Shown here: one piece after another, positions 42,177 through 53,100 of the stretch
How the letters are laid out: each line of letters opens with the position of its first letter
How positions within the stretch are numbered: position 1 is the first letter of the stretch
Source: Mytilus trossulus
Lineage: Eukaryota
Reading direction: 5' to 3'
Length of the DNA: 64,000 nucleotides
Assembly: GCF_036588685.1 (NCBI RefSeq)
Contig: NC_086374.1
Coordinates: forward strand, 45,384,001 to 45,448,000
The notes under the pieces: model-generated
Database searches by the model: none
The model's input: the letters and a program-made list of their open reading frames with translations, nothing else
Told to the model about the DNA's origin: nothing
Made by a program: the position numbers and the translations under genes

Positions 42177-44080
42177 TACGTTTACATTATATTATATTTC
42201 AGAGGCAAAAGATACCAATAGGACATATAAACTCTGTAGTCGAAAAAACAGAAACAACTAACAAAATTATGGCAAAACAAAAATTACGTACACAATAAGT
42301 TCGAATAAATAAGGAAAAATGCAGTTTTTGACACGTGTGATGTTTGTAAAAACACTTTTGAGGTAATACCTGAGGACATTTATCCTATAATGTGACATAA
42401 ACAGTTTAGTATAATACTTAGAATACCACACGCTGGTCATGGTTTTCTTCGAAGTTCTTTCGTCCCTCATTTGCAAAGTCACGAACCTTGCAGAGACATT
42501 AAAATGATGAATGATGCAATTGCGGAACCATACAAATTACGTTAATATTATAGTATAAATGAGAGACAAAAGATACAATTAGGACATTTAAACACTTTAG
42601 TCGAAAAAAAGACTAATTGACAACACTTTGGCATCCCTCCCCCCCCAAAAAAAAACCAATCCCAAACAACAGGAATACAGTAGTATAAATGAGAACACAT
42701 AAAGATTTCGTAAGCGTTGTTGAATGTTCGTTTGTACAAACACTTTCCTTAAAATATCTGTGGAATTTTATAATATAAAAGTTGTAATATGATATAAATA
42801 TTTATGTTAAAATATTACAATACCACACGCCTGTTTTCTTCAAAATTGATAAGTCACGAATTTTGAAGGGACACTTATATTCGAATGGTGTAACTGCAGT
42901 TCCATACAAATTAAGTTTATATGAAATATTATAAATGAGAGACAAACGATAATTATATGATATTCAAACTCTGTAGTGGAACAAGAAACTGACATGGCCA
43001 TGACAAAAAAAAAAAGAAACCCACAAAACATATCATATAAAACTAAGGACTGAGTAACACGAATCACACCTCATACCGGTGGTGATTTCATGTGCTTCGG
43101 AAAGGTACGAAGAGCTTGCTCAACATACGCCATGGAATTTATAAATTGTAAGGATTTTGCAGGTTGTGCTGTACCTCAGTTGTCTATTCTAATTTCCATT
43201 TTGATAAGTGTTGCTGTCTTTTTGCAGCATATTATGCAACGTTTATAATCTTCATTATTAAATCATTTTGAGTCTACATTTTCATTTATGCAGCAAAAAC
43301 ATCTGATTGCGGGATTAATTATAAACGATACAGTGTATTTAATTAATAGCCAAACTATATTATGTTACGCTATGATCCAAACATACAAAAACAGAAATGT
43401 GCGTCTTCGATTTAGAATTGTAGTTTACATGTACTTAGATATATAGTCAGACTGTCACAATTATATATCATCCGACTATTATACTTCATGAACTTCAAAA
43501 TACAAATTTTAGAAATCCCCAAAAAATACAGGAAGCAGGAATTTTGTTTACAAAGTTTGAAACAGTGTAACAACTTAATGTTTCATGAGGAACACTTAAA
43601 GTTGACAGTGCAAATACTTGATAAAAGTCATCTTTGAATATTTATATCTATTTCAGAAGAAGAGGATGTTCTTTGAAAAAGATCATCAATTTTTTGCTGA
43701 ACATAATATTAACTTCCTTAATTTAATAATGAAATATTTTTCCATCAGGCTAACAGAGAGGATATCAAGTATCAAAAGTCCAAACACATTTGTCAGTGTT
43801 GGATAATTTTAAACATGTGCCCACAATCGATTAAAACTTTAAAAGTATCAAAAGCAAACAACTGAATGGTTTTATTACAGGTAAAGGAAAACAAACCTGA
43901 CATAATTTAACAAAATTTGCAATTCTCATCATAACTATCATTATATTAACTGCGTATTTAAATGTAAATACAAAGAAAATAAAGAATTGTTTTGTTCTAT
44001 TCACTTGTTTATAAATAAAACATTTTATCTAGACTAGTTCAATTTATTTTTGAAAAGCAACCCTGAAACACTAAATCGCT

Positions 44081-44138
44081 ATGTTTACCATATTATCATG
44101 CACAATAGTAGCATTTTACTTGGTGCAATTAAAATTTG
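44081..44138 (+). CDS. Coding exon 1, signal peptide MFTILSCTIVAFYLVQLKF(V)
   Basis: ATG, hydrophobic stretch and strong phase-1 donor G|GTAAGT. Joins in frame to 49773 giving a VSG-SE cleavage-like site. A likely 5'UTR intron lies at 43881-44057 (CAG|GTAAAG ... TTTTGAAAAG). Confidence 0.65.
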
Positions 44139-47100
44139 GTAAGTAATGATTAATTTATATAATGTAATAATTAAATACAGATTTGATAAAGAGATAGATG
44201 TTGTTTATTTAGGCCTAGAGCGAACGCTTGATTGATTGGTGTTTAAGGACATTTTCCGGAGTGCACAGAGAGAACCACCGACCTTTAGCAAGAAAACCGA
44301 CAATCCTAGTCAAGTAAGTTTGGAGTCGATTTCACCTGTCCCTTGCGGGATTCGAACTCACAACTACAGTGTTAACTGACTAGTGATACAGTGGTTGTAC
44401 TACTTTAGCCCATTTAGGTTTTCAACTAGCTAAGATTTTGCAGGTTAGCGGTTTTTGTCAACCTTGTTTTTAGAAAGATATCGTAAAAATGTTATTATTT
44501 TGTGTTATCAGATACAAATCGGAGAAATAAATATACTCTTATATGTATCACGTTTTACAACAACAAAAACTGAAACAGGAACAATGTGTATCTGCACCAT
44601 ATACACATTGTTTATGTTTTTAAGCGCATTGTATGTTGAGTCATATCAACCCTTCTTCAATATATATGCTCCCTTCGAAAGCATCTGTTTTTACAGCAAA
44701 TAATAAACATATATACACGAAAAATATTTGTTTTTTATTAATTGAACTCATCAGAAGACGGGACCTTGGACTCTATGAAGAGCACTAGATACCCACGGTA
44801 ACAAAAGAGCAGTCAATTAAGGACCATTGGTACGATATTGGATGCTAATATATCTGGTTGTATGTGGAAGCTGTTTTTTGATGAGTTCCAAAAGGTTATA
44901 AGTTTCTAACATGTTGATTTTACCTATTTATTTTACTTGACACCATATATAATCAGATATTCAAATTTGTGGAAAATTGTACCCCACACCCTTTCAGGCG
45001 TAGTCCGATACAATTTTAAGAGACATTTGTAAATCGAATTGCCGAAAAATCTTTTGCGGATTTTATGCGAGTGTCATACAAGTGAGAGGTTTAGCTAGTC
45101 GTAAAACCAATTTTTATCCACCTTCTTCTGAACGTGTAAACGCACGGAGTCAGGAATATGACAGATGTTATCCATGTGTTTGAGGTTTTGATTTTTTTTC
45201 GAGGCTTTTTTTGTTACTTAATTTTTTGCCTTTTTTTGCGAAAACAAGTTGGTAGTACGGTGACTTATAGTTGTAAATTACCTGGGAATCATATCACATC
45301 TTTTTTATAGATACAATGTAGGCAGAAAATTAACTTTTTCAAATTATTCAACATAACTTTTATTGACCATCGACTCCTTGTAGGAGGTATTGACCTTCCA
45401 TTTCATTTATATTTGAACACTCCTCTGTGTTGTTTGTTAACTCTGATAGTTAGAATATCAGCATGAAAAATTATCGGCAAATTGAAATAATCAAATAAAT
45501 CAACATTCCTTTACTTGTTTATCGAATTCAATTAGATGTTGTTATCCTGTAACGGTAAGTTTTGTCTTTTTTTTTGTCTCTTTTAAAAAAAAAAAACAAT
45601 AATCGAAATAGAATAAGTGTTTCCTGCAACTATGATCAACATTTTAAGATGAGACATTATAAGCATTCATTTCAAATAAAGGTAGATTACTTTGATATAC
45701 TGTAGACAAAATTTGAACAGCAAGACGAGATCACCAACAATATTGTGTATATCGTTAATTGACTTATTTTAAGGGTTATTTTCCTAAGTTAAATAGCTTC
45801 ACTTAAAAAAAAAAAAATTATCCTAGTAAATCGGTTTAGACTAAACTTGGGCACTCTTATTTAGGATGTGCACGACGACTCCCACTATTGCTGATAATGA
45901 TTTAAAATTGAGCATAGTTTTTCCAGTTATAAGGTGTTGAGCCTTTTGTTTTACTGTTTCAGGTAATGGAGAGGAGACTTCTCCGGGATCATGCAGTTGT
46001 AAGTTCATTTGTTTGTATGACATTTACTTTTTGGCCTCATAGACATTTTTTTTAATTATTTTTAGAGATAATATCATATCTTTCAGTTTCAATAACTAAT
46101 GTTTTACAAGATATTGTAAACTTGGAAATTGCTTTTCTGTAATATATAAATTTTAGATAAGGTTTAAATAATACAATATAATTCTTCTGTTAAACTGTAA
46201 GGACAAATTTATTATTCGCGATCATAGTCAACTCATGTGGTTAAATGCGAGTTCCTTAATCTACTCAATAAATATATATTAGCCAAAAGAAGTTCATACA
46301 ATTCAAATGTTGAGATGGGGGGGGGGGTTCCTTATAAATAAGTTATTATATTTAGATCAAGTGACAGTAAACTGACTATTTTTACGTTCTTAAACAAATA
46401 ATAATGTTAATTGAATGTGTTGTTTTCACTGTATTCACTGTTTCTGATTATAACTTTTTTGTTGTTATTATAATGATTTTTTACTCATGTTTTTTTTCTG
46501 GCGCTATAAACAATTGTTTTAATTCTGCCTCTTTTCAATTATTATAAGCGATAATCGAAAATTAACAAAATTGAATTCACATACGAACAAATGCATAAGT
46601 CAAGGTTAATTTATAACTGTAAGTCCGATATTATCAGACAGCATATGGATACATGCACACACATATTCGCGAGACAGAACATACAGTAGAAAGTGACAAT
46701 GTTGGATTCAGTCTTTGTCTTTCTCTATATGAAAACCACCTTTTATTTAATAGTTATGACAAAAATCTTACCATATCATCATCGATCGTTATTTTTCAAT
46801 ACAAGTCAAGGACCAATTTAAGAATTTTACTCTATGCACAAAATCCTTATCGTCGTCATAACATGGTAAACACAGGCAACAGTAGTATACGGATGTGCAA
46901 AACTCATAAATCGATATAAAAAAACACAAATCCGGGTCACAAACTAAAACCAAGGGAAACGCATTAAATATAAGGGGAGAATGACGACACAACATCACGA
47001 TGTAACACACACAGAAACGAACTACGCATTAGACAAAATCCATTGAGAATACCAAATATAACATCAAAACTAGATGCATGAATTTAGGATAGAAAAGTGC

Positions 47101-50100
47101 CGTGACACGTCTTATAATAATAACGTCTTATGATAACGCGGAAGAATACAAAGTTTTGTTTCCAATGTTAGAGCAGCTAAGATTGTATTCGAACAGTATT
47201 ATTTTGAACATGTACAGATGTGATCAATTTGTGGCAAAAATTTCCTGGCATTTCCCGAGAAAGTTAGCATGCATAGGTATTCCAATTGATTAGGTATAAA
47301 GATATATCAATATAAATTGTTAACATATACATGATCATTATACAATTACATTGGTAATTACGTTTAAGTATACATCTGTCCGTTCTTGAAACATGCGTTT
47401 CTTCTAATAATAATGGTTACCAAACATAGTCTATATTGCGAATGAAAATATAACCTAAATGATTGAACATATATTTGTTATATGCTAAATTGCATTTTTA
47501 TGTACACCATCCTCCTCAAAACTTATTAAGAAAAGTTATCATTTCATATAAGTGTATTACATTTTTAATGGCCCTGAAAATGAAATATGAAGGCGTATCG
47601 TTTATTGCACGGGTTCTGTATTAGAATTTGAGTAAGGTAAATAAATAGATAAATCAACTGTTTTCATTTGTACTACGAATGTAAAAGTAATTATACATGT
47701 ATGTCAAACATGTGCATTTTGTTACTTGATTTTATTATTTTTGTCTATTTACTCTATGCAGTAATCAAATTCAATTCCATGACGTCAATTTGACTGCTAT
47801 TAAAACTGCGGTCAGAAAGCGAGTTAGAGTGGTCTTTCTTTGTTCGTTGTTTATCTAACAAATTGAATCGTTCGTCTTTCTACAACATTACATTGTTACA
47901 ATCAACACACAAATAAAATGTGTTCTTATCAAGTCACTTAATGTATTCATATTAAAGGAAAGTATGTAAAAAACTCAACTTTATTTAAGAATTAAATCCG
48001 TTTTTTGTAACTTCACTGGGGATGTAAAAGCGTTGACCGAATTACATATAGCCATTACATTGACTGTCCCTTTGGTATCTTTCGTCCGTCCCTCTCTTGT
48101 ATGAAGCACGGAAACGATTCATTCCAAATATGTGCACACTGTGAACGCTTTTACAACCCTGTGAAGTTATAAAAAGAATTCAATACTTATTATTACCTTT
48201 TTTTTTTTTTAGCTAAGATCATTAAAACACGATTTTTAACAAGTTTACTAATTTACCTGTGCACTTTATTGTGGAACTTCGGGTCATCATTAATGATAAA
48301 TTGTATTGTGTAATGAAATTGATTAAGGAATAACACGAGATGTGCAGTTAGCCAATTAGAATAATTGAAACATACATGTAATGTAATTATTCGTAGTTAT
48401 ACGTGTAGTTCCATATAGCTCCATATCATTTTAATAAGTTCATATTAATATTCATATTCTAAGATTCCGGGTTTATAATTTTGTACGCCAGACGCAAGCT
48501 GATACTTTAGATAGACAAATTCCGGAGGAAAATTCTGGAAGTTGTGCCACAATCAATATCTCGCAGTAGCGAAAACCTTAGAGTTTTGAATAATTCCCCA
48601 TTTTCTATGCAGTACAGAAAATGATCAAATCAATGATGCATAATATTCATTTCAGAAGTTATGGCTACTGGAGTTGGAATAAACGTTTACCGACTCTTTA
48701 AGTCATACATTTGTAAATAGGTACACACGTATCTGTTCGTTATTTATGTCTTGAACTGTGCATTAATATATGAACAATTTCAGGTGAAAAATAATAAGGT
48801 TAATTTATACATTGTACATAAATAAATCTTCCACTCCGATTCTCCTCTTTTCGTTTAACTGTTATACTCGGTACAACAGTTTTCTATTTTACAATTACCA
48901 TAATTACTAATACATATAGAACTGAACAGTACAAGATCAAGATTGCCTGATCCGCTCTATGCACAACATTTGGTTGCGATAACCTTTTTATGTTTAAGGT
49001 GTTCCCGGGGATGTGTTATTGTAAGTGCTCGAAAACATGTTTAACGGCCACCACATTTGTCTATGTCTGTCTTAGATCAGTATTCAGTGGTTTTTGTCTG
49101 TCCTAGGCATTTTTCTTTTTTTGTTTAAGGGCCGTCTGTTTTTTCATTTCATCTCTTTTCTTATCCAAAGTAGATACCGTAACCTTGGCCGTATTTGGCA
49201 CAGATTTTTGGAACTTATGGTTCTCAATGCTCTTTGACTTTGTACTTGTTTTGGCTTTCGAACTTTTCTTTATCAAAACGTTACTTATGAGTCTTGTGTG
49301 GACGAGGTGTGCGAATTTATAATAAAGCATGCTACCTTTTGATAGCTATAATATGTGTGTTTCTCTGTTCTGCATGTTCTTCTAATTTTTTGTAGTCCTG
49401 TCTTGAAATATCGTCATTTAATGTTATATTTAACATAGCAATAAAAGCGGGAGGTTTGGCTAGCCACAAAACCAGGTTCAATCCACCATATTTTCTTTAA
49501 ATGTCCTTTTCCAAGTCCGGAAAATGGTCATTGTTATATTATAGTTCGTTTCTGCGTGTGTGGCATTTTGGTGTTGTGTTGCTGTTGTGTCTTTGTTCTC
49601 CTATTTTATTTGATGTGTTTCCCTCAGTTTTAGTTTGTAAGCCAGGATTGTTTTTTTCTCAATCGATTTATGAGTTTCGAACAGCGGAATACTACTGTTG
49701 CCTTTTTTTTCAATTCTTTACATTTTGTCATCTCGAGTACTTTAAATATGCTTATTCGGCTCATGGCTTTAGTTTCAGGAAGTGAACCACAACTTTTATT
49801 TTCCAACAACACGCATATACTGTTGAATGCTTTGGATAGTGACAAGTCGAGGGTACTTGTAGAAACAATGACTAGTTCTGTTTCATTTGTTGACTATCAT
49901 TTAACGGATGGATCTATTTACTGGTCAGATCAAAATAAGCAGACAATTAGCAGGTATCATTATAACTGTAACTTCTAAGCTTCTGTACACAATTCTTGTA
50001 TCGTTTATATTTTGACAATCGAATAAAAATAATGTAACTTCATGTGATTTTAATTTTAGAAATGAAAAATTGAATAGATGAATGATGAGAGAGATAAAGA

Positions 50101-53100
50101 GAGAATAAATCAAGACCAAAGTCTGTAGTTTATGTCATATGACTCTTCGAAAATTAATTATTATGAAATTATTGACAAATATATTATAGTGTATTACGAT
50201 AAAACATACAATAGTCGTATTTCAATGGTGTTTGTATATATAATTTTTTTCTCTCAAGGAAAACGTGTTCATTAGGTAACGAAAACTCAATCACAGAAAC
50301 TATAATTCAAAACTCGAAAGCCATGGGAATAGCCGTAGACTCAATAAACGATCATCTATATTGGGCAGACATAGATAGAGCTGCTATAAAAAGGTCTAGT
50401 TTGAATGGTTCCAGTATTGAAGTTATTTTAGACGAATCATTGCAAACTCCCGTTGCCATTACTATAGACACCTCAAACAGGTAAATAATGAGAGTTTCAA
50501 TAAATCTAGATTAAACAAGAATTTAATGTAAGAGAAAAATGGCAGTTGTCACTATTGTTAGGCTGTTCTTCGGTATTGTCTTATTATTCGAATGATATGT
50601 CTGTTTATAAGTCATGAAATTGTTCAAAACTAAAGTTACAACTATCTCAAGCAAATCTGAACTTTTACTACGTTTGCTGCTTCTAGATCTGGTTGTAATG
50701 CTGAACATGCATTATGTGTTTGACTTTACCAAATTATAGTGTTGAAGGTATCTAATTTCCAGTTTGTAACACGGGTCTGACACAATGAAATCGGTTTCTA
50801 ATATTTTTATTATGTTAAAGATTTGTAATTCAGTAAAAAGGATTTTATCGATTCTTTATTATACAGTATTTATTTTATATTAACTTATTATATGCATTAA
50901 TGGGTCAAGAAAAGGTGTTGGTTTTGTGATAAGAATAAAACAAAGTAACAGAATCATATACTCTTAAAAACAATCCAACAAATCAAGATAGATCATGGCT
51001 TGCTAGTAAACAGATAAGGATACGTTTGGTCTAGTATAGAAATTTGTATCATGCTGAAAGGCCCAAAAGAAAACTATTCACTTTTTATCTGTTAAAAACA
51101 AACTCTATGATGTAACCATTTAAAAAGATTCTACATATCAGAGTGCAAGTTATTGACAGCAAGCTTTACATGTACATACGGAAACAGCTAATAGATAATA
51201 GTGATAGGTAAATATATAATACTGTGATGAGTATGAGTAGAAAATTTTCACAATATTCCCGTTCATGCATATCAAAATAATCTTGATAACTACAGTAAAA
51301 AAAAAACAGAAACAAAAAATGGTAATCAACTATACAAACTTTTAGGAACATCACAAACATTTTATATGAGTGATGTTTATGAGGCAAAACTCTCACCAAA
51401 AACTTGTAGAATAAGATATTTTTATGACAATATAATGTTTCTTCATCGTTTATGTAAATTAAAATATCCTGCCAACCACATATACCATAATTTTAAACAA
51501 ATGTATTATCGTTTACAGCTGGTTATACTTCAGTGATCACGGCAGACATACAATCGAGAAATGTAAATTTGATGGAAGTAGCAGACATACACTTATAAAT
51601 GAAGACGTACAGACCCCATATGGTTTAGCCTTGGGTAAATAATTGAAGTTTCTTAATCAACCTGTACAGTGTCTAAAAAAGTAGTAATTTGTATACCGCT
51701 AAGCTACTATTTACATTTGCGCCATTTCTTTATTAGCACAAATTTGCTTTTTAAATAATATAATACTTTGGGACTGATTTTTTTTAATTTTTCAATTTTA
51801 AGCCATGGCGTTGTCAGTTTATTTTCGATCTATGAGTTTGACTGTCCCTTTGGTATCTTTACTACCTCTTTCGTGCATCAGATACCACTTTCGACAATAA
51901 AGTCTTAGCTCAAGGCCAAAATATTTGAAAAATCTAAAATTTATCAGTTTGGGCTAATGTATTATCTGGTATACTTGCCAATAGACAATTATCCACTACG
52001 GATCACAGGACGCAGATGTTATCAAGTTTAGGTCACCATAACGTCTTCATTAAATTTGGACAAAACTCATTTCGTTTACGAAGGGCTATATCAAAAGGTC
52101 TCCAGCATAACAAAAGAGTGACTAAAGATACCAGAGGGACAGTCAAACTTATAAATCGAATATAAACTGACAACTCTATGGCTAAAAATGAAAAAAGTCA
52201 AACAGACCATCAATAGTAAACATGACACAACATAAAAAGTAAAGAATGAACAACACGAACCCCACCAAAAACTAGGGTGGATCTCACGTGCTCCGGCAGG
52301 GTAAGCAGATCCTGCTTCATACGTGACACCCGTCGTGCTGCTCATGTGATAACAAATTCGGTAAATTGTCATGCAACAATTTAAATGACGAAACAAGCGT
52401 TATGACTTATGCTTAAACATTAAACTAAAAACGACTATGATAGACAACCACTTACTAGTGTACTACATGACTTTAATAGTCACATTTGTGACTAACTCCC
52501 TAACCTTGTAAATTGATGATACACACAACATAAGAACACTGTATAAATCAGTTTAAAAGGTCTTCAATCTTGGGCTAAAAACAAAAATAACTAATAAATG
52601 ATATCAGACCAGCATATGAGAACACCATGGGTTATTGTTTGGAAGGTTTTTTGTTGCTCAATCTAGTTTTCTAGTGTTTTGAGTACTGTTGTTTAACTTT
52701 TCATCGTTTTTCGAATTTTTGCCATGGCTTGTCAGTTTGTTTTCGAATAATGAGTTTGAATACAGCTTTGGTATATTTTGCCCTCTTTTAAAGTGACTAA
52801 TCAGATATTTATCAAACGATAAGATGAATATGAGTATTTGCATTATTTCTAACCAATTTTACCATCGTTTCGGATCAAATGGGTACGGTTGATTTACAAT
52901 TTACACAAGCTCTTTCAGGAAATGTAGTCATTAACAGACATTTATATTTACATACAGACTTGAACTCAAAAAGATTATATTGGACCGATTCTGCATTGTA
53001 TCACATCAAATCTTCTAATTTGGATGGCACTGATGTTAAAGTAGTCTCCATAGATGTATCATCATTGGTAGACATTTCTATTGTTGTTATGGGAATCGAC

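Noticed and set aside
44583-44703. Signal-peptide-like MCICTIYTLFMFLSALYVES as first exon
   Set aside because: No phase-1 donor; 44081-44138 fits much better.
49670-49772. N-terminal part of ORF 49670..49978, and both ends of ORF 52879..53304
   Set aside because: Intronic or repeat-derived extensions beyond the splice sites.
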